From an uncultured Planctomycetia bacterium (GTDB taxonomy: Bacteria > Omnitrophota > Gorgyraeia > Tantalellales > Tantalellaceae): DNA of 60,378 bases. A program made the translations under genes and the position numbers. Below, in pieces: positions 27,501 to 33,300 of the stretch. The stretch's first letter is position 1. Each line of letters opens with the position of its first letter. The stretch is taken from NCBI GenBank assembly GCA_964527555.1, contig CAZGOG010000007.1:1-60378 (forward strand), written 5' to 3'. Below the pieces are notes generated by a model. It did no database searches and had not been told where the DNA came from. It saw only the letters and a list, made by a program, of their open reading frames with translations.

Positions 27501-30092
27501 GATTTAGTGCATGAAACGGTGCATCTCCTGCCGCATCAAGTTAAGCGTCATCAGCAGCATTTAAGAATGCCGCAGGAGCTAAGGAACGTACGCGACGATC
27601 TTGGCATTTACTTTGAAAGCGGAGATGAAGCCGACAAAGCGCGCGAAGGACTGAAAAAACTCATAGCGCTTATGATAAGGAATGAGTTTGAAGCTTGTAC
27701 CATCCAGCATGAATACCGAAAATTTCAGGCATTGAACCTAGGGTATAGCAATCTAAGAGAATATTTGGAGGCGCAGCTTAAAAAGGCTGATACTGCTGAG
27801 CGTAAAAAGCGGTATTATGGTATTCTTATCAGAGGTACAGGCAGAGACGATAATTTAAACGATGAGTTTATGATAGCTTTGGTTAGGAGGATATTCCCCC
27901 TCCAGATGCAGCAAAGGGTGGACAACATGGCTACATTTGAGGGCGTACTGCATTTTGATGCGACCCAGTTCAACCCATGGATGTTATCATGGCTGAATGA
28001 TCCGCAATATTGCGAGGCAGAAACCGCTAAAGCCGAAGATGTTGAAGAGGACCCGGAGAAAACCGCGCTTGAGATCCGAAACAAAGTGATCAGCGCCGCC
28101 GAAAAAGCGCGAAGGCGTATCACCGAGGAAGGATGGATCACGTCCGAGCAGAAAAATGACATAGCGGAACGCCTGGAGAGTTTTATAGGGAACCCTGTTA
28201 TCGAGCTAACCGGGGATAAGAAGTCTTTCCCGCTGGAAAGCGTATCAGTGTCCCCGGTTAAATGGGCTCTTAAGGTGCATTTTAAAGCGGCCAGCGAGAT
28301 CCCGGAAGAGGATCTTGAATCATATCTGGTGAGAGAGGCTTATCGCGTTCTTCCGCGCCAGGAGGAAAAGCGCAGGAAGATAATCGAGGTATACCGGGAA
28401 TTTGCCGGACCAAAATTCCGTCTTTTCTTAAATACCCTGACGAGGAAGAAGGAGCAAAAAAGTAATATAGCCAGGCGCAGTTCGAAAGCGTTTCTTGCCG
28501 GCGTCATCAACGAGGAGTTCGAAGCCTGTTCCGTCCAGCAGGAATACCGCAGGCGCCTCGCGCAGGAAGGGGGATATGAGGACCTTAAAGAGTATCTCCG
28601 AAACGCCAGGAGCCGGATAACGTCAAATCCGGCGGTGAAGAAGTTTATCGAAAAAATAAGTTTTTACACGGCGGAAGACGGTACATTAAGACCGGAACTC
28701 AGGATAGCACTACTTGAAGAAGAAGCTTCGGTCAACAGTAATGTAAAAGAGATGCGAAACGCGCTTATGAGCTTTGAGAGGATTTTCCGCGGGTGTGCGA
28801 AAGAGAAAAAAGAAAAATGGTTCCTTTCCTGGCTGGCGGATCCCGTATATTATGAGGCGCCTCTCGCCAGGCCCATTCCTTCAGAGAAGAAAGAGACGAA
28901 AGCAAAACAGAAAAAAGGCCGGCGGTCTGAAGCCATAAAAAAGAAGAGCATACAGGAAAGGATCAAGCACCTGCGTTTACTTGTAAGTACGCTTCCACGC
29001 ATCCGTTCGTTCCGCCTTGACCAGAAGAGCATATGCCAGATGAGGATAGCTAACGCTTTTGAAGCTTTCCACGGCAAAAGGATACTGGAGGCTGTCGTAG
29101 CCCTTCCGTCGGAGGTATATGCGAAGCTAAATGCAGATGACCTAAAGAAGCTTTCCGCGATAAAAGGCGTTGCGGAGGTAATCTGCCTAAATTCTTCCGG
29201 TGAAGAGGAGATGATGGGCGAGCTGCAGGCGAGAATAAAGGGAACCAGGCGTATGGGGGCTCTCATAGACGAAAAAGTCCTTGAAGGGGTGCGTGACGAG
29301 AATCTAACGGGTGAACTAGAAGCGATCATAACTGATTTTATAGGAAAAGTAAGTGATGATATTGCCCCAGCGTCAGCAGAAACTGTTGAAGAAGGCACAG
29401 CCAGCTCTTGCGTAGAATATATAAAAGACATAGCTAAGAAGAGAAATGAACATTATCTGGTGCACTTTGCGGACGGAGAGGACCTGCTTTCAGGTAAAGG
29501 CCCCATGATCGTTCCTCCGGGGCTTGAGATCGAGAGGCGTCGCGAAGCAGAGAAGATAGAAGACAAAATAGATCCGAATCACGATAAGTTCTTCATAGTT
29601 GCGCCGGAAGGGACCAGTACTAAAGAAGAAATAAACACCTTTAAAAGAGGCGTTATGGATCTCTGGATGCTTGAAGGCGTGGTGAGTGAGGATGATATTA
29701 TAATACTTCCGAGGAAGAAGGAAGGATACACGACAAGTGACCTCTATAAGTTGCTTGCGGATCATGCCAAGGACGGGATAGAGCCGGCAAGTAGTAACAC
29801 TGGCTTCATGTCGCTTAGCGGAAACTTGCGCTATGACGACAGTGCCGCGGAAAAAGACTTATTGCAGCTTAATATTGCTCCGGAAGCTAAGAGCAATATA
29901 AACCAGTATACAGTTTTCGTAAATCTTGTGCTGTCGCGGGAGGAAAACGAGATAAGCTATAGAATAGAAGGTCTTGAAGAGATCAAGAGCGGACTGTATA
30001 TCTACTTGCCGGAAGCCAGAGCCATTGATCTTGAAAGAGAAGTTAGGAATTATTACTACAGGCATCTTAGAGAGATACTAGTAAAAGCGTAA
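6555..30092 (+). CDS. Giant multidomain membrane protein G2 (7845 aa): signal-like segment, EreA/ChaN/Tiki-like domain, internal Tat-like motifs, large internal duplications, YD-like repeats, processive GT2, CBM-like domain, five zincin modules, shared C-terminal domain
   Basis: Uninterrupted ORF in the track. The start may be the ATG at 6588, which has AGGGA 6 nt upstream. Confidence 0.96.
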   Translation: MAGEYIKQGICMDIQNNRKSHFHEKTFHYKEVCPFFSSTKEDNSNYGIADWKKRNAFFIKCVSILLSIIFFHQQAGWTQEGKPVWTEIKSYDAYHEKLDNTSIDIPYDVANTQEALANGGDEVIINIQDAHASLAAQYSIAKLLDSLVANYDLEFIAIEGGSGYIDTSLLKTFPDKKVRDKAANILMEEGHMSAGEFFAVTHDESEIDLYGVEDDALYNANVESFRAVAGDRIERVDNINKLLKELENIERKVSSNELYTFSENCARHRDGEFSFSDHWKYIENLAENKKIKFNPEPELAKLVEAIRLEKTIDFSKANTERKRLIDSLSDIIGKAELEALVKKSLDFKENRISQATFHTYIIDLAAKHNIPADGYTNLIAFAEYVDIYESVDIVKLYRQMANLEKTVKEKLYRTGEEREFYALKRMLELAKKLYSLELTNDECADIESGYKDFTPARYASFIKDASSKYSLAISGDYDLSEVFNSIDEALNFYRDAEARNSAILANTVKRMRSSGKRVAALITGGYHTQGLTELMRQKKLSYLVVIPKFEDKRERPYIAILTNRKKPYEKVLETGKYQLAIEAIFRDKMDRESQKALFSLTYDLTMRDASIKPGERERKRRIWIEAYEARYDMLVELKGKRDMAKKMTPNEFRAFLAGKAAEEDSRKEGEKTAAEKTEEEKITEIVDFVIANDPDLYKLISRLLPTGNETTVKIRDEISVRLRSKGLEPTEDNILKVIRRLEIHYIENTTTSEPVIEVKFGREEPVQLSIRMSELAGEFADYVAFVKGGGELQDLAFTSEDRKFIEEKLTLLKTDLQALAVFEADDETRQLILRHTDLAIGALYSGLNTYPPDIREEVEDITFTYGSSRLIKDIVISCDTFEKAEDLAMKIGLYDGKTKREYSHTEIMALKGSFQLDEETVDEDDARRQFVVVKDWQVSRRDFLKGAGLGILAGSLLVSDENTALAEKPNGNLRMGQPEVLAGRAGTFKYVKRPLYDNGHELGVAIIRYSEKDPKGELILYNSYEKMLKARGVDMRYLPPEPRTKVNPGVLKEPVQRILSLLESEYPTEMKGDEEEKGIKGLNKVIKAERWCQIWADICSVHRMNEERAKEHLEGMYGFLKMVIKETKKRNERRLSGLNKRHPRERKVKMEFPSLMAAIMYDVLPFSETGEMNNRFLGLPEMLMLADYLQLELEKDICKNYMYTIAGVEEGKVEISEERVWQGRIEKTKFFDIIEDLTDKRYYWHMRVAMKTISGDIYKEGYQHNGDWEDYIGRLAVLEASRKSFFGYKDSEFYKRWRAKAGETLGDYNRRILRDNIDELDIVYRFMITQDLSPDEMEKLAPFLHGLEPELDNIFGSYEDEKAPELIRPWHGSYLAVILDNLKRLPYKPDYGPIVESEVREVRALLHVGRLLNAAKGLEVIELLKKKLGIDEIRKNLNKKMEFLLWMVKELQLSQDQMPDIYTAAHYVKILQTIPSLIKEGPDKGKYISTKYDEEAYYKRGEKIDKEIIKYYVVYYPPEGSEPVGKKKYKTFTPIVDQDGTREVHVTYGEDTYAREIWRVNDDAAESFDVKTAAINGKLVNKVIYKNGLRIIETVDDVDTPKGGVTVDARWLYDVFSKVFPRLATEKVKKFYENIIVPFIELVYPLAALSLLAKVQGVPLMSFDLGSSMAVAALMAAGAVFVTSHIIGLSTIINKLTGRAPPKIERASLIISTLISLARVFIILPVAVVVTNLCFGRPDLTIFVYLALDWLFHAKISSSAPGIMKWIERRTRKDVIKGEGKGQLRRDFIKEVLSFLTGGALIPAGDKTVAGESQAEGELKVAEKLPEPPEEVLEGLKMPMIDPKKTAAYYIPPDSKTGRVLFSSDKHKIYVHFYDDLKDPNFVYISSTAKKDMVVIDGVYHHIWSVYKVKEKSTEVGGMVHIDKMKIIGKAIKLKFDGHQIIDEADQPKEGGKEPEEIPEKAPEVSGEITFSSKGETALLKGLGAGETLGEPQLLAENTVLQQGCIKYPIYREGAEVGAAIVDVSPVMGELHESVISKVYFNETDKLIDLRRTPPEPRTKIDPEALEGPVKDILALLEREYPQEMTGQRKDGTSVEGAKALNGFVGIHRTEKRPGWCEIWANICSVHRMREEVAVEHLKGVRVFLEMIIGELKKRNTRREEEGKKKMELPPVLGQGMYGLLPLDETGEINNRFPGLPEILMLADFLQVQLIKHRFENTDIPDSLPHRIVSPESLFDLWINKKCEGIDTGIFSIVEDLSDGKDIIRARAQMKIKGAYIYDNMYQHYAGADKIGRLAVFDAAMECFPGYKRWKARPGESLYDYYYRIWMRNKDDLNIFYRFIVNQDMSPEELKRLTPFLRDLDPQLEEIFGSYEEMPLEDLGKEWHGATLADFLEQHKGERKKLDESMMVKVQAEDISGLLHTDRLLNAARGLGIADEVKKGVSPGKIQKELDKKIAFLKEIVRDFQKAQGQTPSIFTASHYVKNLQTVPALIQEGEYKDDKYISIKYNERDYYDKDIKTVQYYVLYNDELGKESFKTFTPMVDQDGRREIHVTYGGDSYAREIWRVDKDAAESFDVKTGRINGRLIERLENINGVRIIEPVKDTEYVKEGVTVHTRWQRVVATILLGTFGVTLPYEAGAAAMNAAILAAEVQTQRQLQLEIAEELPKPSPELLKDFEDAIANPKSPASYYIPPGSETGRVLFSALDRIYAHFYDDLKDPKFIYETSMAEDDLLEINGKLHHVWSVYEVVRKSTDSEGKVQIDETKLIGEVINLKFDKDTHQAASKGDRFANINTREVTYKTPDGKEHSDYYRYVKYVGDAPEGLKEYIFKRKKLDDGKFHLVAALDPKKADVTTDGELIIKGDEKDAIVKEYKYDKDYTWQYDCNLKTKNIFASPYNRVATKATSNAIVKLKSLSGYEDADGFVLPYDRGAFLKNVLEEYGYYPDGSLMWKKDHVNKQYTLYTEYTMLGRLCRLSGTIYDYTPETDTKGEELRSFSGYSEYETETFFAVIKGNPGVYYRTLKGAERADALLEASPNPQAGRMDITGILKEFEYNADGSLAKVWDYKLGEVAVYKWHRKFGTEKKLTDIGGDIYKFDGRKKETSGEPLRSFNGITDKTGAFFERTDEPDVYYWTEQGKLRAKALVKAKPDEAHDLMLVEKVIKHFKDSQIEIDGKNRIFELSIPGSLTKGERFICYGVEVEDPKSGKKLEDFGVKVEAVWQGKDAPISGIKVLEYYKQNMIPGKEKYAGNFGVDVYVLEDGKVAEKPFKTFRKLGPNSAERDHISKVVNDYADKYPENNLGRASDEELLNALFNVEGYEEGDDAFLRDVIDRALEMRGVLDGIFKQNNIKVLEQDKTLQNEILSHILYWTAAEDIDFDELLEKLPEASTIKGLMEYIHRKHKDFDNLLKEERYVIVLDTLTGCAKTMVETGRSKKDMEVVLRVWIRYEDESGTGAMNAGDVYKEIESGTSAIRNREYVWDIVKIGLAVTGILFLAAVFLRILRSLNSTKRIRALGPPAAGAGDAAALAEGAADAGEDAAGSPEEAGHGFAPKTVRVPMIIAGAALVLSWFMYTNDWSMWLVIPLAIISLYVLARSYALLHNGIRANMMVYGMSPWEAFNTELSFSVKRGGRYDTDAFEVLPATTRFFPPMFTRGILQILDYMLEVFDVLKDFKVSQLRDYVIDEYRIPISKKGRVAKTGDFVVEKVLDVKEDDTPSTFILGKTTPGAAMQEIIKRHESIRNHILALPALYLPAIFGYHRILVFLGLGSKRSGKKLFNRPINPPNKWAVKLKVKTRDDIEKEIKARRKTRDDKAQDFVGDISFDTEKAFKKAHYALNPRFKWPGFKGLVNVDYRWNLWGAGFLLTGAFIVYHNAMKVWTSGDWGGFGISAWVVAAVFMLLSGIINRKLIWDKAGFIVPFVSGLTVLMVNLLATSVIGGWTGFGLPMWGFGAFLVISSLIVGFKIKRGVWYPTEEKQTEALKILARQLGDIIEKVKEKITYGDDVLKAEQWKEVFNFPVRAPFGDPEDAVNIQMVEIDFLGYLEYCRDWTTFFTTSPNKNKYYFFSKYHTPPYDPQYFLPTFWVKGPAFTQLRTNMRRDGSPTEFISYGPAGDLTVQEGRGLPSIDTSIPALTAAVEGEEGNEENLGMIALMPGTEEETTVQFGPQYNLAYEPITHETPHNGQIAYRNSYQTAPWDNILKMLDQAKARLKDIKEAGERRYGEDFDPDNMAQYRQASQDDKKKILYAETRSVDSFKGFGGPGPESSSYIKFMKRHKLTIIFMSALFVLGTYGVYIGKSVLMSWNWIPDMTGMSIGMHTGSVFLAMVTIYMVMISIEKLILFFSKFFGNPEAITDEDILSVPPRILVELISEIEVKMRNEGRPIPSYLANINQLRVNVNNAGPVGDQAREQVRNIIMQASLETGNWAQRFHQNVSNFKWGYRNLSFSRKAAFFVPYLLALFILQIVHRVFGLYYFIARKGRILAEEKPTLWFLNRLRLETPLLKVISLINRPRHTVIGILEERRYLTPQQAADLRAVRGRFTNEDVLEHLNINAINHILKDNYISRRYGSLLRTGIVMDTTFGGTTGDNLWRMAKSAVDSYPGGVDVYLIFDDNDAVGLKQFEDTVQKIRNDPTMGDRVADRIYRLTFPAPLANLELTQRSQRMKPPMNVEAVMAIQHDFVLRHREPPEFMELVDQEDVLGELNLVTKACIRDIRERHVQEQLYLGCTTQEGLRWGIDYDKAVYGTAISRFFGRIFGNTPLSGLFPTGLAGEYHDMIEALTREANYPNTLIDLIRLKNTPGATALPWATSNNADERIRYILWCFLKSAGTKKEFIEKEFRRRNMPSVIQSELRQVPIKDPEWSKYSYMDYLIWHSTIQTGQTRLGFLFLGGTGNNFEWEDLSGVIPRLDANHNLTGFDFINWRHYFNFLLRPQREEIQREETIQHNRKKEEGLSFRPDLLVTRPSAIYREWVNKYMPTGTWDLFNIIEDSELGSRIALRGQKSTRLEGLYTQILEDELPAEGIKWWLQRSRWISVQTFSAVISHRPAAFMFFGQHIFAALAWGLIGTKLTLIPGIIAVLIAFYAGGWFSYFVGIGVSRLFRRIGWERNEQWQTDPLKTMGGFFLGWWRFQNMAYLSSAAFAGLAAGITLLVTALYFGITIFSTSFFVCLDGGIFQLLSYVTSTNLGTIPTMENWLITTMFGIIFFLNPQVQQTLMGWIVASINAPEDEESTRQQLWARIEDRGFRKLFGFDNEWILDPNNPPAAAVIHGPYPPINIDKYRDEGAINQLLARYHRFALNAIERNAQEIQDLLIEWTPLLLGKDTIQAMLTEIAHATSRGIKEEDFVKDKKIYAFLLKEWKTFISARGEHDFYEFIERRAKASRDGNIDPAINTANMFLFNSWKEFNAARKKQPVDPGKIGSIYVYKNAMMQAITESKSLWGYTHGRVTIGLKGALTGLGMLALTWWVLSALYLIPAFVTTTFIVLGLVMIIGWMVSLFVSIFIDNPNWKAGRSPQSKIGRLAYHGTMWFLRIPLMLIYFSGMIVAAAFAIYTALSAWVNEAFWLRGRQRISVTFLPGDRPTLANYIDVAILKSRAEGWAYFLILVAFFVICGLPAVKALEQERVNAIRTVTIEPIWQEFIKTPNENTARRLYDFAYWDAVKRDKGGVDLRLDSSGLIISKLGLREEKKMTPDEADTVFKGALIWIQAYRKALYDAGEENSLNAQYAFERVINGFETFCQRYEMMDRFEKYFPTEAISLLGEGFTATCDPDPGEVGLDATKKELLIKPDLEKDYIWIWPDSKAGNILDVYFDLPPEMVTIDMEGKEFVFEFFVPEDQMSAFTGRSIKAFYVDTEGRDCDVGGEEEIIQYEPLPEHQREQGTLVRVNVAPDKRSPSGFNFMAKRFFIRIDGNQNRPVSGESIRIISPRVQSRISLLDRLNYDWQNLNLFGTKTAPPRGQITPPPAQEVKPPAKPTIGSKRAQKAQRTSWLKRISHEAAQRVKEINQMRAAKPKVSRRGYSHGGRKPWGRTSLDIMLPEVLITAVIAIVVAILTLGVETNLVIYTVAAILVFSAAFMGALSLGAGIKYLRNKHPEELTPLEEGIRRSIKYYAPDVELQEEEAEEEQHFQALIDPAKAPQYYSEEIVFNASGYTGNSVDDIKEYLREENGTAVSVEGPKIGEITVVKNFEADARIAAQLVTYGINIKQLIQKDLAKAIRIRGPNLFQGLEDREMSLVLLDKSPSIFEDHKKNNFIGINRVLFDKIAKNTSKEVLEILLITGILHELRHEAGEGDEEKITKEDVSLIISLAAQKGVTIRSIIDVINLVSGESLLVEELEKTPSINVLAVKMITNAANRAIKNIEEKGWITTTHKDGILNLLRQIARGDVPCGTVYDTSLSYTERIMIDSLGRTRVEINTALFFNHSDMEHEADIVHEVVHFLPHQVAMIPLVNQLLPQVIGIQNSLSERAFSERIKADIDLREMNKRLWAIKVQGEAEAHSIGYEYCKNALHQESIKFKDYLLEKADYLEQVAVRGDVAARANRWLVQHLTEEGALDSRFKLWVMKIALHENTMNIIRQIAEAEGVDTSDETQYEQWLLAWVNNPEYGGIEPEGVKTEAPETAVSKRIKKVAGIVIQHMEKDGWIVSSHKEELIALLKEITEEGKFELFNDPARGMVMWIDEKRDNILQVNTALIGMYSDQEMESILIHEMFHRLPHQIKRRRRINEILEELKRKKPAADVFFWRNEEGNEVRELLKRLIALRIRNEVEAWSIQHEYRKHIAESLGFTDVRDYYRKCARETTSPGIREDSNIFIRTTQDDGTLGGEFKWMLLSIILLPLGASVARGLREMLKNTATAEGILSSDENQFKAWLLSWIDDVKYCEVEPEATPVKPLPAETVKPTQEPTESDVRKRMTRIASEVIRHIEKDGWITTEYAGDIVGVLRDIIEKGDFEIYNEPNDPWGLKVSPASHGAGHVLKANRPIIAMDSDEELETDLVHETVHLLPHQVKRHQQHLRMPQELRNVRDDLGIYFESGDEADKAREGLKKLIALMIRNEFEACTIQHEYRKFQALNLGYSNLREYLEAQLKKADTAERKKRYYGILIRGTGRDDNLNDEFMIALVRRIFPLQMQQRVDNMATFEGVLHFDATQFNPWMLSWLNDPQYCEAETAKAEDVEEDPEKTALEIRNKVISAAEKARRRITEEGWITSEQKNDIAERLESFIGNPVIELTGDKKSFPLESVSVSPVKWALKVHFKAASEIPEEDLESYLVREAYRVLPRQEEKRRKIIEVYREFAGPKFRLFLNTLTRKKEQKSNIARRSSKAFLAGVINEEFEACSVQQEYRRRLAQEGGYEDLKEYLRNARSRITSNPAVKKFIEKISFYTAEDGTLRPELRIALLEEEASVNSNVKEMRNALMSFERIFRGCAKEKKEKWFLSWLADPVYYEAPLARPIPSEKKETKAKQKKGRRSEAIKKKSIQERIKHLRLLVSTLPRIRSFRLDQKSICQMRIANAFEAFHGKRILEAVVALPSEVYAKLNADDLKKLSAIKGVAEVICLNSSGEEEMMGELQARIKGTRRMGALIDEKVLEGVRDENLTGELEAIITDFIGKVSDDIAPASAETVEEGTASSCVEYIKDIAKKRNEHYLVHFADGEDLLSGKGPMIVPPGLEIERRREAEKIEDKIDPNHDKFFIVAPEGTSTKEEINTFKRGVMDLWMLEGVVSEDDIIILPRKKEGYTTSDLYKLLADHAKDGIEPASSNTGFMSLSGNLRYDDSAAEKDLLQLNIAPEAKSNINQYTVFVNLVLSREENEISYRIEGLEEIKSGLYIYLPEARAIDLEREVRNYYYRHLREILVKA
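6900..8200 (+). other. Conserved N-terminal domain of G2 (EreA/ChaN/Tiki-like pattern), paralogous to G3 30600-31900
   Basis: IQDAH (His 6945), IAIEG (Glu 7029), RNSAILANT (8049), ALITGGYH (His 8133); nearly the same sequence is in G3. Confidence 0.6.
9369..9452 (+). other. Internal twin-arginine (Tat) signal-like sequence 1
   Basis: SRRDFLKGAGLGILAGSLLVSDENTALA|EK: full S-R-R-x-F-L-K consensus, hydrophobic stretch and AxA site, about 940 aa into the ORF. Confidence 0.75.
9520..14402 (+). repeat. About 620-aa internal duplication in G2 (A1 9520-11387; A2 12567-14402)
   Basis: Shared strings include PPEPRTK, W.EIWA.ICSVHRM, NNRF.GLPE.LMLAD, KTFTP.VDQDG.RE.HVTYG and YAREIWRV..DAAESFDVKT; short identical nucleotide stretches are also present. 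Confidence 0.92.
11904..12002 (+). other. Internal twin-arginine signal-like sequence 2
   Basis: LRRDFIKEVLSFLTGGALIPAGDKTVAGESQAE, directly after a four-TM module. Confidence 0.55.
12006..14879 (+). repeat. About 120-aa internal duplication in G2 (B1 12006-12365; B2 14523-14879)
   Basis: YYIPP.S.TGRVLFS...IY.HFYDDLKDP.F.Y...HH.WSVY.V...LKFD in both copies. Confidence 0.9.
20330..21640 (+). other. Processive GT2 glycosyltransferase domain in G2 with all catalytic motifs
   Basis: YP..VDVYLIFDDND (20337-20381), KP (MKPP), DQED (20619), LGGTGNNF (21204), WDLFNIIEDSELG (ED at 21498), QRSRW (21618); flanked by TM bundles. Confidence 0.88.
25371..28860 (+). repeat. Zincin array in G2: one HELRH module plus four tandem repeats of about 275-290 aa
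   Basis: HELRH 25371; HEVVH 25824, HEMFH 26643, HETVH 27510, degenerate REAYR 28332. Each repeat begins ..E..GWI and ends WL.SW...P.Y (AW in repeat 1), with a downstream E.EA helix. Confidence 0.88.
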
Positions 30093-30122
30093 TAAAAAAG
30101 GTTCGGCATAAGATCCCACCAA

Positions 30123-30180
30123 AATCGATTGCCATTTATAAGTCTTTGTAAATAAATGACTTGTAAATGGCGGTACGATT
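30123..30180. repeat. Long imperfect inverted repeat after the G2 stop (terminator-like or REP-like)
   Basis: GCCATTTATAAGTC (30131-30144) / GACTTGTAAATGGC (30158-30171), extended by AATCG/CGATT; no adjacent U-tract. Confidence 0.6.
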
Positions 30181-30268
30181 CCCATCAATTCTTTTTAACT
30201 ATATTTTCAGATAATTAAAAGGAAAAAATACAAACTTTTGTTAAATAAAAAAAAGTAAGATTTGTTGT

Positions 30269-30297
30269 TTGACCATCGATTTTAATTGTGTTATAGT
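30269..30297 (+). promoter_or_regulatory. sigma70-type promoter with extended -10 for G3
   Basis: TTGACC (30269-30274), 17 nt spacer, TGn, TATAGT (30292-30297). Confidence 0.65.
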
Positions 30298-30373
30298 GTT
30301 AATAATTACTTTAGTTAATCATTAAAAAAGCTAGATATAAGTTATTTTTATGTAGTATCAAGATTGTTTTGAT

Positions 30374-33300
30374 ATGGGAAAAATGGATATGTATAGAAAA
30401 CATATAATATATAAAATTATCTCTGTCGTACTTATCCTCGTGTTCATCCACGAACAGATCGGATGGACCCAGGGAGGCAGGCCCGTCTGGGCTGAGGCCA
30501 GAGAATATGTCTCCACATACCGCGATAAACTGGACACTTCGAATATAGACATACCTTACGATATAGCTGAAAAGCAGGATGTTCTTATTAATGGCACCGG
30601 CGAAATAATAATAAACATCCAGGATGCGCACGCCTCGCTTTCGGCGCAGTACTCCATAGCAAATCTCCTGGACTCACTTGCCACTAATTACGATCTTTCG
30701 CTCATCGCGGTGGAAGGCGCTTCAGGGTATGTTGATACGTCCATACTCAAGACATTTCCCGACAAGGAAAAAAGAGATAAAACCGCCAAGGAGCTTATGG
30801 CCGAAGGACGCATGAGCGCGGGTGAGTTCTTTGCGGTAACGCATGACGAGACGGAAGTGAGTCTTTACGGCGTGGAAGAAAGCGAGCTTTACCGGGCGAA
30901 TCTTGACAGTTTCAGAAGCGTTGCCGCTAACAGGGCCGAAAGGATCGCCAATGTAAATGCGCTCTTAAAAGAACTTGATTCCTTAGGGGAGAAGGTCTTT
31001 TCTAAGGACTTCCGTGATCTTAACGAGAAGTGCCTGCTTCACCGGGAAGGGAAACTTACTTTCACAGGTTACTGGGAGTATATCAAAGACTTCGCCGGGA
31101 AAAAGAAAATCGCAAAACCGGAAGGAAAAGAGCTTGCCAAGCTTCTTGAAGCTGTCGGACTTGAAAAATCCATAAATTTCAGCCGCGCAAATGACGAAAG
31201 ACGCATCCTTATCGATGAGCTTAGCGAAAAGATGGATAAAAGCGGTCTTGAGGAGCTTGTCAAGCGGTCAATCGCTTTCAAGGACCAAAAGATCTCACAG
31301 GGCGAGTTTTACTCGTATCTTCTACGCCTGCCGGAAAAGTATGGCATAGGCCCCGAAAAATACACTAATCTCATAGCCTTTGCCAAATACATAGCCCTTT
31401 ATGAGTCGATAGAGATCTTCAGGCTCTATCATGAGATAGAAGCGTTCGAGGATGGTATTCGCCAGGAGCTTTACCGTACAAGCGATGAGATAGAGCTCTA
31501 CCGGATCATCAAGATGGTGCGCCTTGTTAAGCAGCTGTACAGCATGGAGCTTACCAACGGCGAGTACGAGTATATAAAAACGAATCATAACGGGATCAAT
31601 GCTTCCGGCGTTAGTGCTTTTTTAAGAGATAAATGCAATAAGTATAAAATCGCGATAGAAGGGAGCTATGATCTTTCAAGCATATTTGGCGGCATAGATG
31701 AAGCGCTTTCCTTCTACGAGAAAGCCGAGATGAGAAATGCGGCTATGCTTACCAATACCGTCAGAAGAATGCGCGCTGAAGGCAAGCGCGTCGCGGCACT
31801 GATCACGGGAGGATACCATACCAAGGGTCTTGCTTCCCTTATGCGTGAAAAAGGGCTTTCCTATCTTGTAGTTACCCCAAAATTCGAGGACGGTAAGGAA
31901 AGACCTTACATCGCTATCCTTACCAACAAGAAAAAGGCCTATGAAAAGGTGCTTGAAACCGGCAAATACGAGTTGGCTGCGGAACTGTTTTTCCAGGACG
32001 TGCAAGATACCTCGGATGGGGCAAAGAGGATGGATTTTATTCTGAGGCGCCTTTTCCCGGGTGAAGAGAGAATACCAGATGAATCCGCCCGTATATGGAT
32101 AGAAGCGTATAAGAACACGTATCAAAGGCATGTTGATTCTCTTCCGGAAGAAGACATGGCAAAAAAGATGACACCGGAAGAGTTTGAAAAAGAAATAATG
32201 AAAAGAGCGGAAGGTGAGGTTTCCGTGAAGCAAGCGCCTGAAGAAGAGGCGCCAGCCGTATCGACCGGCGAAAAAGAAACAGAAAAAAAGACGCCCGCAG
32301 AAAAAAGGCCCATGGGAATAAAAGGGCTCATGATAGCTTACTGGGTTTCACTCGGCATAATGGGTTTAAGCATAATAGACGTCATTTGCTGGGTGGAAGG
32401 CGCGGCACCCCTTACAGTTTATTGCGCGTTCAGCATAATGAGCGCGGTCTATGTAGCAGCGCAGGTAATCATTGCGCTAGGCATAGACAAGGCTTTTAGA
32501 AAAATAGGCATCAAAATATATGCAGACGAAATAGCCTGGACGGAGAAAAAGAAGATCGTTGTCACTCCCGCGTTTTATGTTCTTTCGAAACCTATCCAAA
32601 AACTCGTTCTTATCCATGAAAAACTTCACACCTCCGGACACGGCGAAACAGCCGCTTATGCTTTGGCGCCGTTTCTTCTGGTCTTATATATCGCCTTTCC
32701 TTCTCTTTCATGGTTCAAAGAAATGGAACCGTCAAAAATCATCTTAAGAGAAGAAGATAAAGAAGAGGAGTGGCAAATAAGAAAACTTAACCCCAGACTT
32801 GACGCCGAGATCCTCAAGAAAACGCCGCCTTTTAAAAAGCGTTATATCACTATAAGCGATCTTCACGGGATCTACCCGGCCGAGCTCAGGCGTATGCTGA
32901 GGAGCGTGGGATTTATAAGCAGCAAGGATGAGATAATCGCCCGTAACACGGTGGTGGTTATCGGGGGGGATACTATCGACAGGGGACCGGTATCACTGGA
33001 GCTCTATAAGTATGTGAGATATCTGCAGGAAGAAGCGCAAAAAACCGGCTGTGAAGTCATACGTCTTCTGGGCAATCATGAGCAGATGTTATATGACGGT
33101 ATGCGGGGCAATGACGAGTCTTTACTTTTATGGGTATACAATTTGTATCGAAGCGGCGACGAATGGGGGATAGACGCTTTTGATTATTTTTACACCCAGA
33201 AGGCATATTATAGCGCAGACACCGGCCAGGGTAAGGCGGACAAAGAAACCAGCGAGAAATTAGCCGTAAGCGGCTTAAGAGAGAAAATCAGAATGAATAC

